In this document: positions 9,392 to 18,163 of the stretch, piece by piece
How the letters are laid out: every line of letters starts with the position of its first letter
Numbering within the stretch: position 1 is the stretch's first letter
Source of the DNA: an uncultured virus (IMG/VR IMGVR_UViG_3300035698_019702)
Taxonomy: Duplodnaviria > Heunggongvirae > Uroviricota > Caudoviricetes
IMG/VR virus record: IMGVR_UViG_3300035698_019702
Reading direction: 5' to 3' (one strand)
DNA length: 33,737 nucleotides
The notes under the pieces: generated by a model
Seen by the model: the letters and a program-made list of their open reading frames with translations, nothing else
Databases searched by the model: none
What the model was told of the DNA's origin: nothing
Made by a program: the position numbers and the translations under genes

Positions 9392-9667
9392 ATGCTGAAG
9401 GCTCGTGTAATCAAATCTAAAGATTGCCCACGATGCGCTGTTTATTTAGCAAGGTTAACCCAGTTGAAGTTTCCTCACATTATCTATGATGTTGCTGATG
9501 GCAAGAAAGAAGACCTAGACAAGTGGCGCATCACTGATATGCCGATAGTGCAGATAGTGGATGACCAAACTGGTGAAGTATATTATCAATTCAAGTACGT
9601 GCAACAGGGTTGGTCTCCACGGTCTATTAAGCATCAAATCAAAGAGAAAGAGAAGGAAATATCATGA
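9392..9667 (+). CDS. Glutaredoxin/thioredoxin-like protein
   Basis: CPRC motif, later cis-Pro-like MPIVQI; 91 aa. Confidence 0.75.
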   Translation: MLKARVIKSKDCPRCAVYLARLTQLKFPHIIYDVADGKKEDLDKWRITDMPIVQIVDDQTGEVYYQFKYVQQGWSPRSIKHQIKEKEKEIS

Positions 9668-9906
9668 TAATCGATGTCTTGGGTATTGAAGTGAACAGGC
9701 AATTAGAAGAACAGCAGTGGGCTGACTTCTTTCACAGTTGCTCACCTCCGCTATGTGTTTCCTGCTTCCGGCCTGATCATCTTCAATCTGCTCCACAGCT
9801 GGCATTAGATACATTTGATACTAGGAGTGTGCCTTGGGTTTTTTCGTTTGATTGGGTCGGTGATTTTGACTACTCGGATTGTTCGGTTACGGTGACATGC
9901 GCATGA
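9664..9906 (+). CDS. Hypothetical protein
   Basis: ATGA overlaps at both ends (9664-9667 and 9903-9906). Confidence 0.6.
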   Translation: MIIDVLGIEVNRQLEEQQWADFFHSCSPPLCVSCFRPDHLQSAPQLALDTFDTRSVPWVFSFDWVGDFDYSDCSVTVTCA

Positions 9907-12581
9907 AGTTAAATCCAGAGCAACAACAGGCGGTAGATCATTTCGAGGGAGTCTGTGTCGTAACAGCGATTCCTGGTTCGGGTAAAACCCGAGCTTTGAC
10001 TGCGAGGGTGATGTCTTTGGTTCAGGATAAGAATGTAGACCCCTCTAATATCCTATGTTTGACATTCACAAACAAAGCAGCTAATGAGATGCGAGAGAGA
10101 ATCTCGCATCAATTAGGGCAAGTGGCAGAGAATATATGGGTGAGCACTTTTCATGCTCTTTGTATTGCTATTCTTCGTAAGTATGGTGATCGAGTAGGAC
10201 TTGATAAGGGGTTCTCAATTTATACTGAGAAGGACCAAAAAGAGTTAATGGATAAAGTTGTTCGTATGCAGGGGTATGAACCTACTTATCGCGCAAAGAC
10301 GATTAAACAGTATTGTAAATCTGCGAATGACTTTCGCGAAGATGTTGTAGATTTTGAAGAACATGTAAATCACCTCCCTTATCCTGGTCCTGCCGTCATC
10401 AAAGAGTACCTGGAATTATTAGACAAGTGGAATGCTGTAGATTTCACGGGCATCCTCTATAAAACCTGGCTACTTTTCAAGAGGCATCCTCGTGCCACTG
10501 CTATACTCAAGGACAAGTTTCAGTTCGTGTTAGTAGATGAAATGCAGGATACTAACACAATACAGTACGAGCTTGTGCATTCCATTGTTGATCCTGAGAA
10601 GCAACGCTCGGGTAACTTGTTTGTTGTAGGCGACTATAATCAATGTGTAAGGGAAGGCGAATATGTTTGCACGGGACCAAACGATGAAATTAAACTTATT
10701 GAGGATCTGAATGTTGGCGATCATGTTTTAACTTGTGCTGGAGGTGGCGAGCTAACAACCAAACCAATAGTTGCAAAGCAATCATTTACAAAACAAGTCA
10801 TGGAGACTTCGATAAAAATCCATGATAAAGAGTTCGGTGAGTGTCTTAAAGTCACCCACAATCATCAAATGTTTGTACAGCGCCGGAACGAACATAATTT
10901 GAAAACTTTGTCAAATGGCATGAGTGTTACTTTGGTTGGTGACCACAGAAGTCAATCACATCGTTTTTCAATACAGTGTGTAAATGAGGATTTGGTTAAT
11001 GCAATTGAAAATGAATTGGGCTTGGAATTTCATTCGGATGTCAGATATAGTTGTTGTGATGGTACAAGAAAACTCATGTCTGATATACTAAAGATTAAGA
11101 ACCTGGTGCTCGATATTGCAGATAGACTAGGGGTGCGATTCTGGTTTAGGGAAAAAGCGAAAATACTTCCAGGCGAAGCCTTGGATGTTGTAGATGCGTC
11201 ATCTATTGTATCTGGAGATTGTGTCCCTGCCGTAAAATCCATTGAAGGGGAACTGTCTATCCAACTTACAGAGGTGCTGGATATTATTACCCGCCCCGCA
11301 ACAGCTACGTACTACGATTTTGAAATTCAAGATACTCATAACTTTATATCAGAGGGCATCATTCATTCCAATTCTATATTCTCTTGGAGAGGAGCTAAAC
11401 CAGAGAACATCCAGCGAGTTAATCATGATTTTGACGAGGTAAAAGAGATAGTCCTGCTTCGTAATTACCGATCCACGGATCACATTCTGCAATCTGCTCA
11501 AAATCTTATACGCCACAATGACAATGCTAGGGACGTGCATCTAGTGTCCGATCGTGGATCGGGCCACCCGGTTGTATTCAAGAGACACTCAGATGTTGAA
11601 TCAGAGGCCAATTACATTGCTGCTGCTATTCAGGCAATGAAGGCAAAGAATAACTATTCTTTGAATGATTTTGCTATCCTATACAGGACGAATGTCCTAA
11701 GTAAACAACCTGAGATTGCATTACGTAAGTATGATATACCTTACAAAATCATCGGCGGTTTTTCGTTCTTTGATCGCAGAGAGATCAAAGATGCCTTGGC
11801 TTATTTATCGTTTGTGGTCAACCCGAATGATTCGATCCAATTCGCCAGAGCAATCAGCAGTCCTAGGCGAAGTCTGGGTAGTACTGCTATTGGGCGAATT
11901 GAAAGGCATTGTCATGACCACGGTGTATCCATTCTTGAATCATGCCAGAGTCCTGACGTGAAGTTAACTTCCAAGATGCGCCAGAACTTGGATGAGTTTG
12001 TCACAGTGATTCAAACAGCACAACAGGCTCAATCTAATAATGTGGGCTTGACTTCAGTTATCTCGAATCTGCTGAAGGAATCAGGATATTACGACTATAT
12101 AGAACAGGAAGATAAAAAAGAAAAAAAGGCATCGAAGCGTGTTGATAATTTAGATGAATTTCTTGTCAGTGTAGCAGATTATGAGGAAAGGAAACCTACT
12201 GCTACTATAGGAGATTTTCTGCATACGGTACAGTTACTTACTTCTGATTTAATAGACAAAGACGATGACGAGGCAGTTACACTGTTAACTATGCATTCTG
12301 CTAAAGGTCTTGAGTTCCCAGTTGTTTTTATCATAGGTGCTGAGAAGGGTTTAATTCCCCATCAGATGGCCCTCGCTGAGCGTGGTGACAAAGAAGAAAG
12401 GCGTTTGATGTATGTGGCAATCAGCAGGGCACGAGATTACTTATCTATCAACCACTGTACAACAAGACGCAAGTATAACTTTGGAACTAAGAGTAATAGA
12501 ATAGAGTACTGCGAGCCAAGCCCTTTTTTGAGAGAGATTCTGAAATGCGACGTGATACCCACAGGGGCCGTCCCGACATAA
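9903..12581 (+). CDS. uvrD: UvrD/PcrA superfamily 1 helicase (intein-containing)
   Basis: LNPEQ, PGSGKT, LTFTNKAA.EM, STFH, VDEMQDTN, VGDYNQ|SIFSWRGA, NYRST, LYRTN, TMHSAKGLEF, EERRLMYVAISRA. Confidence 0.96.
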   Translation: MKLNPEQQQAVDHFEGVCVVTAIPGSGKTRALTARVMSLVQDKNVDPSNILCLTFTNKAANEMRERISHQLGQVAENIWVSTFHALCIAILRKYGDRVGLDKGFSIYTEKDQKELMDKVVRMQGYEPTYRAKTIKQYCKSANDFREDVVDFEEHVNHLPYPGPAVIKEYLELLDKWNAVDFTGILYKTWLLFKRHPRATAILKDKFQFVLVDEMQDTNTIQYELVHSIVDPEKQRSGNLFVVGDYNQCVREGEYVCTGPNDEIKLIEDLNVGDHVLTCAGGGELTTKPIVAKQSFTKQVMETSIKIHDKEFGECLKVTHNHQMFVQRRNEHNLKTLSNGMSVTLVGDHRSQSHRFSIQCVNEDLVNAIENELGLEFHSDVRYSCCDGTRKLMSDILKIKNLVLDIADRLGVRFWFREKAKILPGEALDVVDASSIVSGDCVPAVKSIEGELSIQLTEVLDIITRPATATYYDFEIQDTHNFISEGIIHSNSIFSWRGAKPENIQRVNHDFDEVKEIVLLRNYRSTDHILQSAQNLIRHNDNARDVHLVSDRGSGHPVVFKRHSDVESEANYIAAAIQAMKAKNNYSLNDFAILYRTNVLSKQPEIALRKYDIPYKIIGGFSFFDRREIKDALAYLSFVVNPNDSIQFARAISSPRRSLGSTAIGRIERHCHDHGVSILESCQSPDVKLTSKMRQNLDEFVTVIQTAQQAQSNNVGLTSVISNLLKESGYYDYIEQEDKKEKKASKRVDNLDEFLVSVADYEERKPTATIGDFLHTVQLLTSDLIDKDDDEAVTLLTMHSAKGLEFPVVFIIGAEKGLIPHQMALAERGDKEERRLMYVAISRARDYLSINHCTTRRKYNFGTKSNRIEYCEPSPFLREILKCDVIPTGAVPT
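10644..11372 (+). mobile_element. 243-aa intein in helicase motif III
   Basis: Starts CVREG, block B VTHNH, ends YDFEIQDTHNFISEGIIHSN before Ser+1. Removal restores GDYNQSIFSWRGA. Confidence 0.93.
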
Positions 12582-13288
12582 AACCATATTCCGATTTGAG
12601 TGATTTCAAGGACATACATGTAGGTCGGAGATGTTTTGTAGTGGGTGCTGGTCCAACACTGGCTTTCCAAGATATTTCATCTCTTCGGAATGATGTAGTA
12701 ATCACGGTTAATTCATCAATACTTTTGTTGGATTGGAGTGTGGGAGAATCCACAGATCGCTATTGGATTTCTAATGATACCCTTTGTCTGCAATGGGATT
12801 ATTTTTGGCAAAAAGTATTGCAAGGTTGTTGTCAGAAGATAGTACGTACAAGTTGGAAGGAACATGCCGACAAGGTTATGAAGCACAATTTCAGGTTCTT
12901 TAAGCCACGGCCCACACCTGTTGTTTCACCATTATCTAATGACGGGCAAGCCTTATGTTCAGTGAGTTCGATTCCGACTGCTGTCGATTTTGCTTTATTG
13001 ACAGGTTGCAATGAGATATATCTGTTGGGAGTAGACCATAAAATATTATATGGTAATTCGCATTTCTGGCAGTTTTGGCCCAAAGACAAGTGGCCTCAGC
13101 GAAAAAGTAAGGGTAAGAATTTCCGTCCCGAGCAGTCTCATCAAGTGCGGAAGTTTGATGAAAATATACAATCGTATGAGGTATTGAAAGAACTCGGAGA
13201 TCGAGTAGGTGCTAAAATATACAACTGTAGCAACCCGTCCATTATTGATGTGTTTGAGAAGAAAAAGTTATCCGAAGTCATAACTTGA
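12545..13288 (+). CDS. Maf/DUF115 (MptE-like) family putative nonulosonic-acid transferase 1
   Basis: FKDIH.G.RCFVVGAGPTL, ITVN, A...A..TGC.EIYLLGVDH, IYNCS. Confidence 0.78.
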   Translation: MRRDTHRGRPDIKPYSDLSDFKDIHVGRRCFVVGAGPTLAFQDISSLRNDVVITVNSSILLLDWSVGESTDRYWISNDTLCLQWDYFWQKVLQGCCQKIVRTSWKEHADKVMKHNFRFFKPRPTPVVSPLSNDGQALCSVSSIPTAVDFALLTGCNEIYLLGVDHKILYGNSHFWQFWPKDKWPQRKSKGKNFRPEQSHQVRKFDENIQSYEVLKELGDRVGAKIYNCSNPSIIDVFEKKKLSEVIT

Positions 13289-13295
13289 GACAGAT

Positions 13296-13574
13296 ATGAG
13301 GATAGAAGATGCTTTTGGTTGGTTTGTCACTTTGGATGATGCAGTACGTATGCAAACCAAAGGTTTGATGCGGCTTGAATCTCACACGGCTGAGATGTTG
13401 CCTGAAAAGTTGCAGAAGTTGTCGTTCATAGCCTTCATATTAGACAGAGTCGATGAAATTCGGGATGGTTGGGATCGTCTGTTATCCATACCATACGACA
13501 TGCAAAATGATGATGGGTCAATCCGAGTGCCCAGCAGATATGAACGATTTTTAGATGATTACGAAGACTTATAA
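13296..13574 (+). CDS. Hypothetical protein
   Basis: 92-aa ORF filling the gap between the two Maf-like genes. Confidence 0.6.
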   Translation: MRIEDAFGWFVTLDDAVRMQTKGLMRLESHTAEMLPEKLQKLSFIAFILDRVDEIRDGWDRLLSIPYDMQNDDGSIRVPSRYERFLDDYEDL

Positions 13575-14283
13575 AAACTTAGAGGAGTTCAATGGTAAAC
13601 ATGCTGGTATTCCTGCGTTTGTTGTTGGTTCAGGTCCATCTATTCATGGTCTCGATCTGGCTCCGCTTGCGAATTATGTAACTATTGCAGTAAATGCCGG
13701 ATATGTAGCAGTGCCCAATGCCGATTACTATGTCTCCGACGACGAAGATGTGGCAGTTTGGTCGTATTTTTCGCACGATCTCCGTAAATCCAACAAAACA
13801 ACTGTTTTGTTATATGAAGACAAACTAGCCGATAAGGCAGAGTGGTTTGGTGAACGAGCAGTGTTATTTCGCCACCGTGAAGGTTACAACATCACTGACA
13901 AGTACGAGCATAAAAATAGACCGAACCACATACTTCAATGTCGTACTTCCGCAGGGTCAGCCATCCACATTGCCCATATTATGGGGTGCTCACCTATAAT
14001 CATTCTGGGGCTTGACTGTGCTAGGGTCAGGGCGTTTAGGTGGTTTTGGCAATTCCCAGACTGGAAAAACAAACCACGGCGATTAGATGGTAAAAAAGCG
14101 GATAAATACAAGCATGTCAAGCAAACGAGTGATTCGGACCTTAATTCAATACTTGAATATTGGAGAACTCAAGGTAGAGAGATAAATAAGAAGTGCGTGG
14201 TGTATAATGCATCGGAGATATCAAAAGTTGATGTCTTCCCAAAAATGAAGTTGGATGATGTTCTGGAAATGATCAATGCCTGA
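13555..14283 (+). CDS. Maf/DUF115 (MptE-like) family putative nonulosonic-acid transferase 2
   Basis: F.GKH.G..AFVVGSGPSI, IAVN, TSAGSAIHIA..MGCSPIIILGLD, VYNAS; paralogue of 12545-13288. Confidence 0.78.
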   Translation: MITKTYKNLEEFNGKHAGIPAFVVGSGPSIHGLDLAPLANYVTIAVNAGYVAVPNADYYVSDDEDVAVWSYFSHDLRKSNKTTVLLYEDKLADKAEWFGERAVLFRHREGYNITDKYEHKNRPNHILQCRTSAGSAIHIAHIMGCSPIIILGLDCARVRAFRWFWQFPDWKNKPRRLDGKKADKYKHVKQTSDSDLNSILEYWRTQGREINKKCVVYNASEISKVDVFPKMKLDDVLEMINA

Positions 14284-14992
14284 GAACGATGTATTGTGTG
14301 TAATACCTGCTCGTGGAGGCTCTAAAGGCATACCCAAGAAAAATATTAAGGCATTCTGTCATAAGCCACTGTTTATATGGTCAATATATGCTGCATTAGA
14401 AAGTACTAAGATCACATCAGTTGTTGTAAGTTCTGATTGTGCTGAAGTTAAATCGGTGTTTGATCGTTACAAGTTCCTTGATAAGAAACGGTTAGTTTGG
14501 TTAGATCGACCGGAGTCAATCAGCTTGGACAGTTCTTCTACTGAAGAGGCGATAGTTCATGCAATTAAATCGGCGGGTAAGGCGACTAAATATGTAGTTA
14601 CTTTGCAACCCACTTCTCCTATTCGTAGAAAAGGAATGATCGATGATGCTTTAAACAAGATAACAGATAGTAAACGTACCTCTTTGATGTCAGTTAAGCA
14701 ACATACTCCTTTTTTTGTGCTGAAACAAGGTGATCAAGTTAAGTGGCTCTATAACCCTAATGCCAGGAAGATGCGGCAAGAGTTATCTGAAGAGGAGATG
14801 CTTTACCACGATGATGGCAATCTGTACATTACTGAATGTGAGTTTGTCTGTGCCAATCAATGTAGACTCGATAGCCATCCGTATCTTTACATAAATGATG
14901 TTCCTAGTTCAATGCAAATTGACACACAATTGGATTTTGATATTTTGCAGAAAATGAAGCAAGAGATATTGCCACAAGAATTATATATTTAG
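14276..14992 (+). CDS. neuA: Acylneuraminate (CMP-nonulosonate) cytidylyltransferase
   Basis: IPARGGSKGIPKKNI, KPL..W, VVSSD, LQPTSPIR, GNLY, IDT..DF. Confidence 0.93.
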   Translation: MPENDVLCVIPARGGSKGIPKKNIKAFCHKPLFIWSIYAALESTKITSVVVSSDCAEVKSVFDRYKFLDKKRLVWLDRPESISLDSSSTEEAIVHAIKSAGKATKYVVTLQPTSPIRRKGMIDDALNKITDSKRTSLMSVKQHTPFFVLKQGDQVKWLYNPNARKMRQELSEEEMLYHDDGNLYITECEFVCANQCRLDSHPYLYINDVPSSMQIDTQLDFDILQKMKQEILPQELYI

Positions 14993-15004
14993 TACTGGAA
15001 AGAC

Positions 15005-15877
15005 ATGTTAAAAAAATGCAGCATCGTGGCTGAGATAGGTTGTACACATATTGGCCAAATGGAACGAGCAAAAGACCTCTGCAAGTTGGCGCGATTTTGT
15101 GATGCCGATTATGTTAAGTTGCAAAAGCGTAACCCAGAAGAATCGACACCTAAAGATATGTGGCATAAGCCGCATCCTAACCAGACTTTTGCTTATGGTA
15201 GCACCTATTTGGAGCACAGGAAAAATCTGGAATTCACGATAGAGCAGCATGCTGAATTGAAGGAGTTTTGCGAGAAAGATTTGCACATTGGATATGCCAC
15301 TTCTGTTTGGGATATAACTTCTACAAAAGAAGTGGTTGATCTCAATCCTGATTTTATCAAGATCGGAAGTCCATCAAACCAGAACAATGTTATGATTCAA
15401 TATCTCTTTGATAATTATGCAGGAGGGATTCATATCTCTTTGGGAATGGTGACGATACAGGAAAGGCAGGAGATAATCGATTTTGTAGTGGGAAGTGGGG
15501 TTGGCCCAGAGCGCCTGGTGTTCTATCATTGTACGTCGGAGTATCCGGCCCCATTTGATCGGGCATACTTGAATGAAATCTCCCATATTAGGGAGTTAAT
15601 ACCAGAGAAGTCGGAAGTCGGTTTCTCTAACCATAGTTACGGTATTGCACTCGATATTGCTGCCCAGACAATGGGAGTTACTTGGATAGAGAGACACTTT
15701 ATTGACGATAGGTCGATGAAACATACCGATGCATCTTTTAGTTGTGAGCCAAACGGATTACGACTGATCTCTCGCAACTCGAAAGTTATTCAGACAGCAA
15801 TGGTTGATAAACCTGATGGTATCTTAGGCTTTTCAGAAGCCGAGTTATCTCAGCGTCGTAAATTGAAAGGTAGGTAA
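15005..15877 (+). CDS. neuB: N-acetylneuraminate/nonulosonate synthase (no C-terminal SAF domain)
   Basis: AEIG..H.G, KLQKR, IKIGS, HCTSEYP, GFSNH..G, IERHF, TDASFS.EP. Confidence 0.92.
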   Translation: MLKKCSIVAEIGCTHIGQMERAKDLCKLARFCDADYVKLQKRNPEESTPKDMWHKPHPNQTFAYGSTYLEHRKNLEFTIEQHAELKEFCEKDLHIGYATSVWDITSTKEVVDLNPDFIKIGSPSNQNNVMIQYLFDNYAGGIHISLGMVTIQERQEIIDFVVGSGVGPERLVFYHCTSEYPAPFDRAYLNEISHIRELIPEKSEVGFSNHSYGIALDIAAQTMGVTWIERHFIDDRSMKHTDASFSCEPNGLRLISRNSKVIQTAMVDKPDGILGFSEAELSQRRKLKGR

Positions 15878-15883
15878 TGTTAT

Positions 15884-16036
15884 TGAACTACCCTCCCACA
15901 AGGGGAGGGGATTCCTACTTCTCAGACCCAACTTACTCAAGAACACAATGCCCTTGAGTAGTGGTTAAATCTCCATAGGCGTAACTTGGGGTAGTCCCTA
16001 CCCTACGTATATTCTTAGAACTGTTCTGTCCTGTCA
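15884..16036 (-). mobile_element. IS200/IS605 tnpB 3'-end/right-end remnant A (omegaRNA-like region)
   Basis: Minus strand encodes NSSKNIRRVGTT (TnpB tail-like), then GTAGGGTAGGGACTACCCC..GCCTATGGAG..GAAGTAGGAATCCC, a terminal hairpin (15891-15909) and GGGTAGTTCA. Clearly homologous to 33612-33737. Confidence 0.72.
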
Positions 16037-16119
16037 TATTATACACAATACGACAAAACACTGGGAGTTCCTGCAAAATTTTGAAATGTTCAAGGATTTT
16101 TAATTTCTAATCAGTATTT

Positions 16120-16533
16120 ATGTATGTGAACTGGCTACAGAAAACAATGCAAAAGTCTGATTACTTTGTCCATTTGGAGTGTCTATGTGCAGATGATTTT
16201 GGTGCAAGCTACAAACAGGATTTTGGACAAGAGTTAGACGGAAATGACATTGCACATCTACAGAACTACGAGGAAACCAGAGCAAATCATCAGAGATTGT
16301 TTTTACTTGCTTCTCAAAGCAATATAGAGTATAATATCTACGATACTGATGATAGAGACTCTAAACACAGTGATGCTTACTTGTATTTTTGGTGGTCTCA
16401 GGCAGAACAAGTAAGCAGCATTCTACAGGAATCAGAAGTGCCTGGAGATATATTAGATGTTCCTGAGAATTTTCCTGTGGAATTAGAATCGTTAGCTAAA
16501 TCATTTGGATGGCAAGTAGAACGGAGTTTATAA
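16120..16533 (+). CDS. Hypothetical protein between the two tnpB remnants
   Basis: 137-aa ORF with no RBS; start may be GTG 16126 (MNWLQK). Confidence 0.7.
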   Translation: MYVNWLQKTMQKSDYFVHLECLCADDFGASYKQDFGQELDGNDIAHLQNYEETRANHQRLFLLASQSNIEYNIYDTDDRDSKHSDAYLYFWWSQAEQVSSILQESEVPGDILDVPENFPVELESLAKSFGWQVERSL

Positions 16534-16541
16534 TGTTATAG

Positions 16542-16809
16542 ATATCTCAAACATGTCCTGCTTGTTCTATTCTCTCCCACTTGGTTTCTTCTTATTACAA
16601 GTGCAAGTGTGGGTTTGTTGGACATAGGGACTTAGTGGGAGCCACAAATATTTTAAGAAAGTAGCTGGGAACGTTTGGTTTACAACAAATAGTCCCAGTA
16701 GATGCACTTATGGCACGTGCCTCTGGTGTGAAGTTTAATTCTCACGTTAGTGTAGCTCATGGATTTTAATTTTGTGAGAATCTGCGGGACTAGTCCCTGC
16801 GGAGTGTCA
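16542..16809 (+). pseudogene. tnpB: tnpB 3' fragment (Zn ribbon + RuvC-III) with right end, remnant B
   Basis: Translates ISQTCPAC..YKCKCGFVGHRDLVGATNILRK*LG..MARASGVKF. No start codon, in-frame TAG at 16662, terminal hairpin 16784-16800, ends GGAGTGTCA. Confidence 0.85.
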
Positions 16810-16882
16810 ATGTTGTTATAGTATTCTTTTCGGAAATCAGGCCCGTTGGGTGAGTTGTTCTAAATCATAAGGGGACCGAAGA

Positions 16883-17461
16883 ATGATTAAGTTGTTGATC
16901 CTAGATATAGATGGATGCCTAACTGACGGTGGCTACTTCTCACCGAGCGTTCCCTCGATGTCCTGCGGAGACACGAAGGTAGCAGACTTGACACCTCAAT
17001 TATATTTTCGCAAGTTCAATACTTCTGATTTCGTAGGCATCAAGATGCTCAGTGATGCAGGGATACGTTGCATGGTTTTGACAGGATCATACGAGCCTTC
17101 TATGCCTCAATTTGAAAGAGCAGGCCGCGAGATAGAAGTATGCTCGGGTGTACAGGATAAGTCTGAATACGTTCGAATTAACTTTGTAGACCATCCTCGT
17201 GCTGAAGAAGCCTTAAAGTGGGATGAGATTGCTTTTATTGGAGACGAGATTAACGATTGTAGCCTATTAGCTAAAGTGGGTTTAGGTGCTTGTCCTGCTG
17301 ATGCCTCTCGTGAAGTAATTGCACTTATAGAAGGTAAAACCTTTGGTGAAGGTTTCGTCATGTCCCGCAAGGGAGGTGAACTTTGTGTTCGGGAGTTTAC
17401 TGATATGATTCGAGACTTGATGGGCATTAAGGCATCTTGGTGTAATTGGGAGGAAGAATAA
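16883..17461 (+). CDS. kdsC: KdsC/YrbI-like HAD phosphatase (KDO8P/KDN9P phosphatase family)
   Basis: LDIDGCLTDG, KFN..D..GI, LTG, K, FIGDEIND, CPADA, KGG..CVREF. Confidence 0.88.
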   Translation: MIKLLILDIDGCLTDGGYFSPSVPSMSCGDTKVADLTPQLYFRKFNTSDFVGIKMLSDAGIRCMVLTGSYEPSMPQFERAGREIEVCSGVQDKSEYVRINFVDHPRAEEALKWDEIAFIGDEINDCSLLAKVGLGACPADASREVIALIEGKTFGEGFVMSRKGGELCVREFTDMIRDLMGIKASWCNWEEE

Positions 17462-17931
17462 TGCCACATCCATTCACGGATATGCTAAAACAATATGTGA
17501 TAGATTTTAAGGACTTCAAAGAATCTCATGAAGAACGAAGCAACTCCGATTTTAATAGCCTGTATGGGCTGTCAATCGATCCTCCTCTAGGGTGGCCTAT
17601 TGCGGAGTCACTGAACGCTGCTATGCTCGTGGCCATTAGCCAGGGCTGCAATAACTTTGTAGTTGTTTATTCGTCAACAGAGGTCTATAATAAAGCCGTG
17701 GGAGCGATGGAGAATCTGAATCTGGATGGCAAGTATGTAACGTTTTTCTCGTGGCATGAGTTCTATTCAGCCGCAGGACGTGCTGCTGAGGATATGACGT
17801 ATATTCAACGGCTTAAACAACTACTTCGGGAAGCAGATTTAGTATTTTTCTTGGGAGCTTCGACGGCGTTAAATGATGTGGTTGACCAGATTAAGTCTTC
17901 TACTACTGGGTGTTTGATTAGAGTTGGTTGA
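17461..17931 (+). CDS. Hypothetical protein
   Basis: TAATG overlap with the phosphatase gene; GGAGG RBS. Confidence 0.7.
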   Translation: MPHPFTDMLKQYVIDFKDFKESHEERSNSDFNSLYGLSIDPPLGWPIAESLNAAMLVAISQGCNNFVVVYSSTEVYNKAVGAMENLNLDGKYVTFFSWHEFYSAAGRAAEDMTYIQRLKQLLREADLVFFLGASTALNDVVDQIKSSTTGCLIRVG

Positions 17932-17962
17932 TTTGTTAGTTCGTGGAGTGGAGAAATAATAA

Positions 17963-18163
17963 TTGATAATTGATTTATTTAAAGTATCGCCTAGAAAATT
18001 GGTAGAAGACATCGAGCTAGAAGAATGCTTATGTCATCTCGGTGCTCCTCCATGTTCTTGGTGCATGGGTTTAACAGAAGAAGAGATTGCCATATTTGAT
18101 GAAGGTGGGGTGAATGCAGTTTTGTCCCATAGACGGGGAGGAGATCAAGATGGCTGTGAATGA
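17963..18163 (+). CDS. Small Cys-rich hypothetical protein
   Basis: GGAG RBS; CLCH..APPCSWC motif. Confidence 0.6.
   Translation: MIIDLFKVSPRKLVEDIELEECLCHLGAPPCSWCMGLTEEEIAIFDEGGVNAVLSHRRGGDQDGCE

Noticed and set aside
16120..16533. Orphan ORF as part of tnpB or tnpA
   Set aside because: No RuvC, Zn-ribbon or HUH motifs; TnpB similarity starts only after its stop codon.
16662..16664. Stop-codon reassignment (in-frame TAG in the tnpB fragment)
   Set aside because: TAG, TGA and TAA all end intact genes in the window and conserved genes are uninterrupted, so this is a pseudogene lesion.
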